Source: Octopus bimaculoides (taxonomy: Eukaryota). Taken from it: a stretch of 64,000 nt of DNA. A program made the position numbers and the translations under genes. This document shows positions 48,121 through 61,227 of this stretch, piece by piece. Location: positions 4,852,388 to 4,916,387 of the forward strand of contig NC_068989.1 of NCBI RefSeq assembly GCF_001194135.2, given 5' to 3'. The notes under the pieces were generated by a model. That model searched no databases. It was given only the letters and a program-made list of their open reading frames with translations, and had not been told where the DNA came from. The number at the start of each line of letters is the position of its first letter. The stretch's first letter is position 1.

Positions 48121-51100
48121 AACATGCATGCATGCAACATATATGTGTGCCTGGTTGTGTTGTAAAGAAACATGTGGTACTATAGCCCTAGGCTGATCAG
48201 AGCCTTGTAAGCAGATTTGGTAGCTGCTGTTATAAATAGCAGCCCCAGTATAATGTGGTGGTTCCAAATACTGTGTTTCTGACCGACATCTGATGGATAA
48301 AGAGTAAAGGTAAGAAGAAAAGAAAATGAGAAGGAGAGAGAAAGGGGGGAATGAAATGAAAAAGAAAAGAGAGAGATGAAGAATGAAAGAGAGGGTGGGT
48401 ATGTGTGTGCACGTGCGCATGTGTGCGTGTGCATGTGTGTATGAGGCTATATGAAAGAACAAGGCCATCTTTGAATCGAGTAAAGACAAGGAAATATGAT
48501 GTGGGAAGTGAGAGGTGTGAGATCAAGCAGTCCTCTGATCAAACACAAGTGTTCTAGCCATACACATCCTGAAAATGGTTATGGGTACTGCTTTTCATCC
48601 TCTGACTAAACCATGGAAGAATAGAATAATCAGAGACTGCATTATACTGTAAGTCCTTCCTCTTTTTAAAATAGTAAGATGCAGCTTGAGTGAGACTTGG
48701 TTGCCATTTCTAGCATCATATGCAACTATGTAGAGGTTCCTTTGTTGGGCCTTTTAGGTTTTGATGATGGTGGTTGTGATGCTGGTGTTGGCAGGCATTA
48801 CTGGAATATTGCCATGCACCCTTGCACAGTGTGCATTTAGGTATGTGATGTCCATTCACTATTTGACAACTAATCACGGCTTCCCTGATTTATATCAAGT
48901 TAAGACAGAAGCAGAACTGTGGTGGGGAAAAAAGGAAAACAATGAACAAGTGTAGAAAATCAATGTAATTACAGTGTGGTGGAGGAATAGAAAGGAAAAT
49001 AAATCAATGTTTCAGACAGTTTTTCTTTGTCAAGATAGAAAGAAGGTGAACTGAAAGAGAAAAAATTTGAAGTAAAAAAGAAAAGGAAACTCACAACGCA
49101 ATGGAATACAGACAGTGAGTGGAGGAAAGGTGTTTTCAGAAGAACCAGACTAGAAAGGAAACAACTACAGGTTGGTGTTTCTGCCACCACCACCACCACC
49201 ACCATCATTTGATTCTTCATAACTTTCTTAACAAAGCATATTTTTAATGAAATTTTGTAGAGATATATTTTCTATGATTGTTTCTTTTATCTTTTACTTG
49301 TTTTATTCATTGGACTGCAACACTACCTTGAAGGGTTTCGTCAAACAAACACTGTGTCCCTGAGCTAAAACCCTATACTTACCAAACTCTTCAATCTCTC
49401 TCTCTCTTTCTACAGAGTTTGGTGAGTATAGAGTCTATCTCTGAGATACAGTATTTGTATTATAGTCGGCTAAGCATAAACTAGGGAGATTTTTATCATG
49501 CCCCTAATTTGATATTGATAATGAATGATTTTACCCTGCATCATGTCAGATATTTCAATGATCATGAGTTATCTATTTCTTTCTGAATAAAGAATTGATT
49601 TCAAAAAATTTTGTCAACATAATTGTCAACTACACTTTCAAGAATATATCTTTGCAAAATTTTATTTTAAGACGAGGCATTGTTAAGAAAATTATGAAGA
49701 ATCGAAATTGGAGTATGGGGCACCAAACTGTAGTCACACTGTAACGAAAGTGTGACATGGATGGGAGAGCATAGTGGAAATGGGTATATTTATGTGTGGT
49801 ATGTTAGCACATGGGACAAAATGAATAGCAGGATTACGTCTGTCATTTATATATGTATCAACCAGACTGTTGGACTTTGTTACACAATGCTAGTCACAAT
49901 GCACTTCTTCGCATTGTTTAACTTTCAAATGTTGTCACCGTGCTTCTTTCAGTTTCCATCTACCAGATCTACTCACAAGGCTTTGGTCATCTGCAGCTAT
50001 AGTAGGAGACACTTGGCCAAAATGCCAGTAACTATGTGGTTAAGAAGCAAACTTCTTACCACACAGCCACTCTGTGCTTACAATATTCCCAAGGATTCCA
50101 TCATGAATGAGGATGGTATAGAAACACACACACACACACAAAATAAGTGTTTCTAGATAACTTTGACTGCAAAAAATTTCCTTCGTAACCCACGATTTTT
50201 CATAAAACATTATGTATTGTAGTTTTGCCTTTCATTCTCACCAGCAGCAGCATTATTATCATCATCATCATCATCATTACGTCTACTTTCCTTTTCTGGC
50301 ATCAGTTGGACATACATATATTTATATTTGTGCGTAAGTATAGACAGATGCACACGCATACACCCACACATTTTTGTACATGTACTTATGTGCTTACACA
50401 CTCAGTTATATACACACGTGATTATAAAGATGTATGCAAACAAACACAGCCTTTGGCAGTGCCAGTAATAATTTAGCAGCCAAACATACAGTGAAATAAC
50501 TTATGCAGGTTTTAATGAACACCTTGGCAGGGGTCAGGCCCTCAAGTAATAGTCATGTTCTTTCTAATATTTGAAGAAGGAGAAATGAGAGAGTGGTAGT
50601 AAAAAGATGTATAGCAGGAATTGAAAAGTGTGTGATAAAAATGGTGGGGTGGGAGTGGTGAATAAAAGAGTGACTGGAAATGATAGGATGAATGTTGTGA
50701 ACGAGCATGTATGTATGTGTAAAAGTAGTGGGTATGGCTAAGTGGTTGGGATGTTCACTTTGCAATTGCAACATCATGGCTTTGTCTCCACTGTGGGACT
50801 TTTTTTTTTTTTGATCCCTTTAACCTCAGGCTGACCCAAACCTTGTTGGTGACATTAGATAGATGGAAACTGGGGGGAAATCTGTCAGAGGAATTGAAGC
50901 AGTAATTTAAAAGATCAGTTTTGTCACACACTGTCATGTTGATTCTGTTTGAGGATTACATTTAGCACACATGTGTCTATGGAATTCTCAGCCACTTAAC
51001 CAGTATAACTTAGTATAGACAGAAAAAAAAAAGGTAAACAGAGAGAGATGGATAGACTGAAAAACGAACAAATGATAGGTGCAGAGAACAAAACAGATAA

Positions 51101-51294
51101 AATAGCCTCCGGACAAAGTGTAAAAATGGAGCAATGGGTGTTGGAATCATCAGAATGCTAACTAAAAACTTGAAATGCCAAAGTTGAACCGACAGTTAAT
51201 GTCTCACGACTTTTGTTGTAGAACAACTATGAATAAAACTTAATAATAATGGTTTTTAACATTGGCACAAGGCCACAAGCATTTGAACAGGATA

Positions 51295-51363
51295 AGTAGT
51301 AGTAGTAGTAGTAGTAGTAGTAGCAGTAGCAGTAGTAGTAATAGTAGTAGTAGTAGTAGTTGC

Positions 51364-51397
<34 letters not shown>

Positions 51398-51544
51398 ATG
51401 GTGGTAGTAGTAGTTGCAGTAGTAGTAGTAGTTGCAGTAGTAGTAGCAGTAGTAGTAGTAGTAGTAGTAGTAATAGTAGTAGTAGTAGTAGTAGTAATGG
51501 TGGTAGTAGTAGTAGTAGTAGTTGCAGTAGTAGTAGTAGTAATG

Positions 51545-51601
<57 letters not shown>

Positions 51602-51669
51602 ATGGTAGTAGTAGTAGTAGTAGTAATGGTAGTAGTAGTAGTAGTAGTAGCAGCAGCAGTAGTAGTAGT
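51295..51669. repeat. Compound (AGT)n microsatellite, about 375 bp
   Basis: AGT repeats with recurrent TGC and AAT-GGT variants; source of the poly-Ser/Thr/Tyr/Val ORFs. Confidence 0.97.
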
Positions 51670-52251
51670 GATCATCATTATCATTATTTCTGGCACAAGG
51701 CCAGAAATTTGCAGTGAGAGGAGCAGAGTTAAATTGATTCCCATTGCTTGGCTGGTATTGGATTTTATCAACCCTTGTAAGCTTGAGTGCAAAGACAAGC
51801 CCTAAACTCAGAAGGTAGAAGGTCTTAACTAGATATAGATACCACAAGGTGTTTTGTGCAATACTTTAGCGATTCTGCATCCTTTTCTGCTGTCACAAGA
51901 GCAACAGATGAAGAGACATTAGAAGAGCAAGTAGGATTTACATACAAGAAGGCCAGCAGTATTGGAAACAGTAGAAATATTCCAAATACCGTTATTGGAA
52001 ACTGGACACAGTTTCAGCCATTGCTGTTGTCACTGGAAACAAGAAAATGATTTGAATTGTTGCCATTGGAAACCAAACCACAGATGGATGTTTTGAGACT
52101 GGTGTGTTTATACTTGTGGAGGAGGAGTTCTATTTTGTTTTCTTGTCAACCCTTTCTAATTCCTTGAAGTAGTCCCTTGGGGGGTTTAATGTAAATAGTA
52201 TAACCTATCAGTGACAGCAGCAACAATTGAAAAACCGAATACAACTCAGTT

Positions 52252-52290
<39 letters not shown>

Positions 52291-55200
52291 ATTCCTCTCC
52301 TTTTCATACACACACACACACACACACACAAACATATTTCTGTGTGAGTTTCATAAGCTCTTGTACTGTTAATATCACATCCTTGTCACCCTTGTCATTC
52401 ACTGTCTTGTTTTCCCTTGTCCTCTTTGTTTCTCCCCCACCCACCCCCATCAGTGTGCATACATGTATGTGCCTGTAGCAAGGATAGAGATTCTGGCTGG
52501 CTGCCCCAATGGATGATTGATGTATTTATTGCCTTGGAATGTGGAAGGGTTAGGGAGAAGTATGGTGGGGACAGTCTTGTTTAAATTAATTATTAATTTC
52601 TCTAAAAAAAATGAAATTTATGTTATTTTAATTTTCATGTGTTTTCTCAAATGATCTTGTCTCTTGCTTGGCATTTGAAAAATGGATGGGGCAAGTGGGG
52701 TGGACATGGGGTTATAGGAGTTGTGTAGAAAAGAAGGAAGACAGTTGATGACAGAACCACAATCATTGAAACATCCGTCACAGTGTACCTACTGCCTTCG
52801 TTTTTCATGAAAATTAACAAAACTACCCCCTTCCCCACCCTCAAAGCAATATGTGATAGACAAAAGCATGATTGGTTGAGTGACAAATCTTTGGTGTGTT
52901 TGTCAATGTTTAGAGTTGTGTATGGTATGGTGGTGTGTAAGATTTAGTTAATGTGTGAGTGGGTGTTAAATGTAATGTTGATCATGATGTGGTAATGGTG
53001 CGGTGTTGATGCTGACATCCAGCATCAGGTCAACCTTAATTGAGCCAGCTCTATCATCAAATACATTCCAGCTTTAATCATTCTTCGTTTTTATCTTTTT
53101 CCAGACATTCTTTATCTATGATAACATTACCCAATGTACATTCTCTTTCTCTAAGACCAACGGGTGTGATTTGGGTGAGATTTTGATGGTTATTTCTCAG
53201 CTAATCTTTGTGTTAGTGGTGCACTACTATCGTTGATGATGGTCTGCCCAACACACAACTTCAAGCATATATGTTTATGCACACACACAAATTCTTTAAT
53301 ACCTTAGTAATGAATATGCTCTTCTCAGCTGTCGCTAACCATTATTTACAGCTATTACTATTACTTTGTTGTATATGTATTACCTTAAATAAATATATAT
53401 GTTGTTGTATCTCATGCAGGTCATTATGCCAATAATAAGCACATACACGGGTTCCATTTCACTTCTTTTATTATTCTTGTCAGTTAGTTAACCAATTAAC
53501 TGATTCTTTCATTAATCTTTCCATCACTCAATCAATCAGCTAGGTTTGGTTATCAACTTGAAGCAGACCTGGAGTAGAGAGGGCATGTCATTGATGAGGT
53601 CGTGAATGGTAACAAAATGATTTTGATAAACCCAGCTTATTGATTGATTAGCTGAAGGATTAATCAAATAATCAATTAGTTAATTTGCTAAATTGCTAAC
53701 TAATTGACTAATAATAAAAGACACGAATTAGAACCAGTGTGTGTGTTTACTATTGGCATAATGACCCTCCTGAGTTGATGCAAAATGGAGTTTGTGCTTG
53801 CTACTCAAGAAAGAATAGCTCATAGACAGGCCAGTTGGTGTCCTGTGCTAAGAGCTTATTTACCAGGCAGAATACATTTAATACAGTTCAAAGTGTTCCT
53901 TTCTATGTGTTGTTATTTAGCCCAGATCAACCCTGACCAAGCAACCTGTGATCAAAAGCATTCTAGCCATGGTCATCATGTCTTTTTTACGTATCCTCAA
54001 CTGCATTGTCCAATAGAGTCTTCATTTTTAAAACATTAGGATGGGGTTTGAAAGGATTACTCTTTCCAGCAGGTCAAGTGACTATGCAAAAGTCAGTGAG
54101 TGTGTAGTTGGTGCAGCATTCGGTTTTTGCAAGCATTCAGTGTTCTACTGAAGATTGTTCATATTCAGATGACAGAAGGTAGTACCTATACTAGACCAGT
54201 TACTACTTCACTTTGAGGCAAAGGAATTGAGAAGGAGAGAATAAAAGAATAGAAGACAACTTCAGAAATGCAAATCCAATATCGTTTCTTGATATTGGAA
54301 TCCAATATTGGTTTCTTAATTGAAATTAAATCTACACAGCACAAACCTGTTCAGCCATTATTTCCAGATTAACAATACTTTGTTCTTTTAGAACATATTT
54401 CCCCCCTTTTTACCATTCCACAGAACACTTGGCTTGTTTGAAAGTCGTCTCTTCCATTATTTTACACTACTGCATGACTGATATTCTGAAGAAAGTCATT
54501 AATGTCTCAACTTCTCGTTTGTATAAATAATCCTTCAAGTATTTTCTTTGATAGGTCATATATGTGCAATGAAAGACGTGTCTTTAAAGATATTTCAAAT
54601 TCTGTGATGTGGTTTTGGGGTTTTAATTTCACATTATCTAAGTTCTCTTCTCATTACTAAAGCATTCGGAATATAGGCATCTCACAATTCTTGCATCTCA
54701 TTTATCCTTTATCAAATTATTCTTTTCTCTTTATGTGGTGCTTTTTCACTCTTTATTTTCATTCAAGATTTGGGGAACTTTTCATTTAGTTGTTTTCATT
54801 CTTTTATATAGAATTATTTTTTCTTTCTCCACTCTTTTTAATCTGTTTTCTTTTATTATTCTTTCTTCAGTTCTTTTTCACTGTTTTTTTAAATTCATTT
54901 ATTCATTATTTTCTTTCAGTAATATTTCCTTTTTTTTTTCCCCCTCATTTTTTATTTTATTTTATCTTTCATTTGTTTTCACCATTATTTCTCTCTGATA
55001 TGGTAGTAATCTGTGTTGCTACTGTTGTTTAGCCCCAGGTCAATCTGATCAAATAAACAAAAGATCAAAGGCATTCCAATTGTGATCATCCTGCCTTTTT
55101 TAAAGACATCTTAGACTTCATTTTCCAATCTGTCCTTAACATTATTTATCATGACAAGGCCTTTTAAAGGCAGTTTGGTTGTTATTTCAACCATGTTGAT

Positions 55201-57598
55201 CACTATTTCTCAAAGTGGAGGGTACCATCTCCAAAGGGTAGTTGGTGTAAAATTTGTGACAGATATTGAAGACCAGTGGTGGGGTAGGGGTGGAATTGAT
55301 GCTTTAGTATATATTTGTCTCCTTTTTGAATATTTACTTAACAGAAAATTAAATATAATATTATGATAAATGGCAATCACAACAACAATGACAATAGCAA
55401 TTAACATAGACAATTAAGATAAATTTCAGCTGGTAGTTATGTGGGTATGTATGAAGCACAAAAAGTACATGTCGGAATTTGGTCTAAGGTCAAGTGATGA
55501 GGTATCAAACTAATAGTTGGAACTAAATTTGGAGAGAGAGAACCATAACAAGGGAACATTGTAAAAGTGTTAGTAAAAGAAAAGGGGCAGAAGTTAAAAA
55601 AGAGAAATGAGAAGCTCTGATGTAGGGGCTCTCTTACTGGCTCATTGTTATGATAGTTGAGCTGACTGATGCAATTAATCAGACATATTTGATCAACATT
55701 GTAACCATAGTAATATCATCTCCATCATAGATAACACACAGTTAACATTTTGAACAGGAATTCTTTAATCACCCCCCACCCNNNNNNNNNNNNNNNNNNN
55801 NNNNNNNNNNNNNNNNNNNNNNNNNNNTATAGAGGGAATTTGGGGAGAGTTGTTGTTGAGGTTAGGGGAAATGTGGAGGAGGTTGGCCGAATAAGATTGA
55901 GTATGCTTGATATGAATGACTAATTGACTGCTGTTATTGTTGTGGCCCAAAAAGGCAAACTAGAGGATACAAAGCGTGATATACAAAACCTCAGAATACA
56001 AAACACAAATTGTAAAGTTATGACATTATGGAAATTGCAAAATTCATTCAAATTATCTGTGGTTTGTGTGTGTGAAGTCTGAAAAATGAACCAGTTGCTT
56101 AATGATAGCAAAGGAGAAACTCCAAGTTTTCTCTTCATGCAGACTCAGCTTCAAATGATGGCACTCTTTACTGACCTAACAGTATTGGTTCCAATTTTTG
56201 ATGCAAGGCTACCAATTTCAAGGCAGGAACTAAGTCGAATGCATCAGTCCCAGTGCTCAACTCGTATTCATTTTATCAATCTTGAATGGATGAAATGGAA
56301 AGTCGATCCCGGTGGCATTTGAACTCAGAACTACCTAACAGTATTGAGTACTTTTGTCTTAATTGTGACTTCTCTAGTTATGCTTAACATCATATAGAAA
56401 GAAATAAGAGGAGGGAATTAGTGTCAGAAGTACAAGCTGAATGCTATACACTTAGACAATGTGAGAGAAAGAATCATAGAGGGAGGAGGAGGAGAGGGAG
56501 TAAATAACAGAGTATGGGAAGAGTTATACAGATGACAAATTTGTTTTATTTAATTTTATTTTAAGGTAATAAGTATTGTTCTTTTCAAAATTTGTATTCA
56601 TTTTGTAATTTTGTATGAGCACCAAAAAATTTGATAAAAGCTAAATTATAATTATCGTATGTATGCAATATTTCCTGGTATTACCCATGGTAGCAAATGT
56701 ATACTGCCAAAATTACCCATCATATAATATGTAGCACTCTAGTGTACATTCACTCACTCACACACATATACAAGCACACACATACACACACCAGCAGCTG
56801 AGACCATCCATCATTATTATTTCAATCCAATTATCTACCATAATAATTTCCATATTGAAGTTTGGAGAAGAAAAAAAAATTAAGAAATAATATCAAATAA
56901 AATAAAGTGCCATTCTATCTAAGAAGGAGTGTCTCTAATATTTCTCATTTATTGAAAATGTGAGGAAGCCTCTATGAATTGAATGCATCGCATGTCTTTT
57001 TATGTTCCTGAATCTTCCCCCTCCTTCCCTATTTTCACCATTGTTGTCACCGCCACTGTTGCAGCTATTTCTGTTGTTCCTACATTTTGGCCAGCACCAC
57101 TACCACCTATAACACCAACACCTAAACTGCTATCACATTCACCATCAACATCATGATTCCCATCATCAGCAGCCAATCATGATGATGGCTATTTTTACCA
57201 TCATTATAAAGACAAGTGCCTCCACCACCACCACTAATATATTAATCATCGTCGTCACACCATCATATATAGTCATCATCATCACTCTCAGTATTAACAT
57301 TATCGCTGTCACTATCATCACTTACACCACCACCACCACCACCATCATCATTGTCATCATTTGCACCACCACCACCAATGGTGCTCTCAATTGTTACTTT
57401 CATCAACACTACTCCACCACCACCACCACCACCACTCTCCATAATTTCTTGTTACCATTTATTATCTGTCAAGTTTTTTGATGCAAGTCAGTAAATGAAA
57501 AAAAAAAGGTTGGAAACAAAACAAAATTCTGTGTGAAAAGCAAAAAAATTAATAAATAAAATTTAGAAACCAGAATTAAATGTCAACAAAATAGCAGC

Positions 57599-57660
<62 letters not shown>
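57599..57660. repeat. Perfect (CAT)n microsatellite (representative of dozens of CA, TA, CT, AAT and CAT tracts in the window)
   Basis: Read directly from the sequence. Confidence 0.97.
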
Positions 57661-60600
57661 CCACCAACAGCACTACTACACACAATGTTATGACTATACT
57701 GTGCATGTAACACATACAGTTAAAAGAGGTGTTTATTTCTCAAGCATATTGTTTAAGGTTCAGTTCTGTTGCATGGTACCATAGGTGAGTGTTTTCTGCT
57801 ACAGCTCCAGGCCAGCTGAAGCCTTCTGAGTGGATTTAATGGAGGGAAATTGAAAGAACCCTTTTGTATGTGTGTGTGTGTGTGTGTGTATCTCCTTATC
57901 TTGACTTCATGCAATAATTGCAAATGATCATCACTATATACGTGTGTGTGTGTGTGTGTGTGAAGTATAAAAAGAGAAAGCAGTGATAAGATAAAGAGGT
58001 AGAGAAAGACACGAAATCAAAGGGTGGGTGGGGGAGATAGTATGGGTCGTTTGGTGGTAGTGGTTTTGGTGAAAGTAATGGCTATGTTCTTACAGGGGTA
58101 ATCCTGGTGGTGGTGTCATTATTATTGTTTGTGGTCATTGTGATGGTGGCTGTAGTAGTACCAGGAATGATTGATGGTAGTTGCCTGCTGACTTAGCTAT
58201 TAAGAAGGAAGTCACTTAAACTTTAAACGAGCATATATCTGGGGAAATACACAGATTATGTGGTTCAATTAATTTTGAAAGAAATCAAAAATATAATTAA
58301 CTTTTTAATTATTAATTGGATGTTTGGAATGTACTTTAAAACAGACAGCTTTGTATTATGGAACCAGAGATGGTCTCTGACAGGTTTGTATTAAAATGAT
58401 TAAGTGATATGACAGTTACTTTTTCTGTTTCACATACTCAATTGATTCCAGCCCTAGAACAACAGACCATTTGCAGTTCAAATCAGCTCAGCTCACCTCA
58501 GATCAGTTCAAAACCACCGTCTTAACCGCCATGTCATTCAGCATTTAAATCTTGAGGAGATTATATAAATGTAACATGAGCACCAAATATTGAATCATTA
58601 TTTTGACATGGCTAAATCTAAACTCTTTCGGAATGAAAATGATCTGTCAAGTTGGTGTCCAGTACTCATCTCTAGTATTTTACACAGCCAGGAACTCTAT
58701 ATTTCAATGAACCAATCTCCAATCATCATCGTTATCATCTTCAGGTGTCTTATTTTTGGCTATGTACATGTGGCACGGACAGAGTAGATAAGGATATTAC
58801 AACTCATAGTTTAGAAATAAAGATTCCTAGTTTGAGTTGATAGTTTGGCAGGGGTGGAGGGGAGGTTGCACCTCCTCCTTTATGCTTTATACTCCTTTGT
58901 AAAGCATGATATAGCAGCAAAGACCAGGAGTGGATGGTTGTAGAACTCATAACTCAAAACAGTGCAGAAGCTGATTTGTATATAGTGCAACACTTTCAGA
59001 TTTGTGCTTCACTGTCTATGAGATATATATGTGTGTGTGTATGCGTCTTTACTGTTTCATAGATTTGGTTTATTACATGTATGCAGACACACACACACAC
59101 ACACACTTTTATAAATATATGCACGCACTCTTACGCAAAAGCATATATGCACATACCTTTGCTAAATAAAAATATAAGAACTTACACATTCTCTCTCTCT
59201 CTCTCATTCACACACACACACACACAAACAAACTTGTTTTTTTTTTGCCTCCTGAAAAGAATATTTTAGTTAATGAAAGAAGTCTTTTTTTTCTGTCTTG
59301 GATCCTTTTCAATGGAAAATCAGTTTTCAAAAGTCCTGGCACCATTCTGTTTCATTATCAAAGATGATAGCATAGAACTCTGGAAGAATTCTAGTTGTAG
59401 CTTATATATATTGCATTTATGCAATATTTCATANNNNNNNNNNNNNNNNNNNNNNNNNNNNNNNNNNNNNNNNNNNNNNNNNNNNNNNNNNNNNNNNNNN
59501 NNNNNNNNNNNNNNNNNNNNNNNNNNNNNNNNNNNNNNNNNNNNNNNNNNNNNNNNNNNNNNNNNNNNNNNNNNNNNNNNNNNNNNNNNNNNNNNNNNNN
59601 NNNNNTATGTATTCACACATTTGTGTGTGTGTGTAGGAAAGTAACAATCTAGAATAATAGTACAGGGAGTAGAAAACATCTTATGAATACCTTGTAATTA
59701 TCTGTTGCCTATAGCTACAGGTATCCAGATCAATTTCTAAAGAAGTCTTTCAATAATCAATGCATATCTATACACAAACATACATGTACAAATATATATA
59801 TATATATGCGTGCACACACACACACACACACACACATACAGGGGGAGAGAGAGAGATAAGCTCCCACACTCAACCAGATGCACTTATATATATATATGTG
59901 TATATACTCACTCACATTCATGCACAGTCATGCGTGCATGCATACACACCTATGTATGTATTTGTATTTATTTGTGTATAAATTAGCTTTGAAGAGAAAC
60001 TTCAGCTTCAAATATATTAATATACTCTACTATATGCATTGAGTACTATTTAACATCACTAAATCTAAAATGGGGGGGGGGTGTATTCACATTCACACAC
60101 TCAGTCATGACATATACATTGATATGTATATGAATGTGTATGTATCTGCAGGTGTCAGTAAATCTCTTCAAACTCATGCAATCAGAACAAAGCGCTAGCC
60201 CTGCAAATCATGAAATGGATGAAAGCTGGTCATATCCTGGGATAAAATGCTAGCCTCTTTTGCATTGACTTTCTCAAATGTTCCAGTGGAACCTGCCCCC
60301 TCACTTACAGACACAAATCCAAAGAGGTGAACTAAATCACTATTCAAAACTTGTCTAGGCCCCAAATTGATACTGAAGTTTCTCAATAGTACAGTTCAGC
60401 CTTGAGAGTGATAAAAATCTCAGGACATGTACTGAGAGCGATAAAAATCAAACATCCAGTCAACATCATTCTCAGTACATGTCCTGATTACCAAACACCC
60501 TGAAATGTTTATATTGGAGCTTCTGACATGAATGCCAAGCAGTACAGCATGTCATTTCCAAATTTCTGGCAGAAGTGCCCAACTGACCCTACTATGCTGT

Positions 60601-60778
60601 GTAGTCGACAAAATCAAAAACAAAAAATATGTATGCATGAAAATTAAAAATATATAATGGCGACAATTTACCCATCCCACCCTGTATATATATATATGTA
60701 TATACACACACACACACTCTATATATATATATATATATATATATATTTTCCATTTACCTTTCTTCTTGTATCTTTCAG

Positions 60779-60845
60779 GGAACTGCTGTCAAAGGATATT
60801 GTTGTCAAACAATACATGAACAAGAATCAACAAATCATTTTAAGA
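60779..60845 (+). CDS. ADAM prodomain exon (67 nt, phase 2-0): (K)ELLSKDIVVKQYMNKNQQIILR
   Basis: Acceptor TTCTTCTTGTATCTTTCAG|, donor |GTAAGT; completes the AA|G Lys codon and the LN.ELL motif across a 36,480-bp intron. Confidence 0.9.
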
Positions 60846-61112
60846 GTAAGTCATTCCAGAATTTTTTTTTATTTATGTTGAATTCGCAGAATTGTGAGAG
60901 CATCAGAAAGATACCTTGTGGTATTTCTTCTGGTTCTTTGCGTTCTGCTCCCACCAAGGTCAATTTCATTTTTCATCCTAAAATAAAGTACCAGATAGTT
61001 ACTGTGGACTGAGTGCCTTCCCTCAAAATTGATGGTCCTATAGCTAAATAAGAAACTGCACACACACACATTTATATGACAATACCATGGGAGTGAAATA
61101 TGGTAGACAGAC

Positions 61113-61227
61113 GTCTACCATATTTCACTCCCATGGTATTGGTTAGCCTGGGGCTATGGTGCTATTGCAGAACACACCCTGTGAATTCAAAGTGAGCTTC
61201 TTAACCACACAGTTATGCCTGCACCTA
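61113..61227 (-). mobile_element. Decayed SINE family A head
   Basis: GTCTACCATATTTCACTC...GGGCTATGGT...CTTAACCACACAGTTATGCCTGCACCT is colinear with 9021-9185 and 63829-63994. Confidence 0.65.

Noticed and set aside
51227-51847. Long poly-Tyr/Thr/Ser/Val ORFs
   Set aside because: Translations of the (AGT)n microsatellite; no splice or homology support.
51856-52050. Protein-like 64-aa ORF enterable in phase 2 at 51900 as a terminal exon
   Set aside because: Weak AAG acceptor, internal TATTGGAAAC repeats, no recognisable homology.
57764-57784. 21-nt in-frame exon-like segment with AG|GTGAGT
   Set aside because: Weak acceptor, and it lies within a decayed SINE A.
58022-58046. G-quadruplex-like GGG tracts
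   Set aside because: One long loop and a low-complexity context; nothing marks it as functional.
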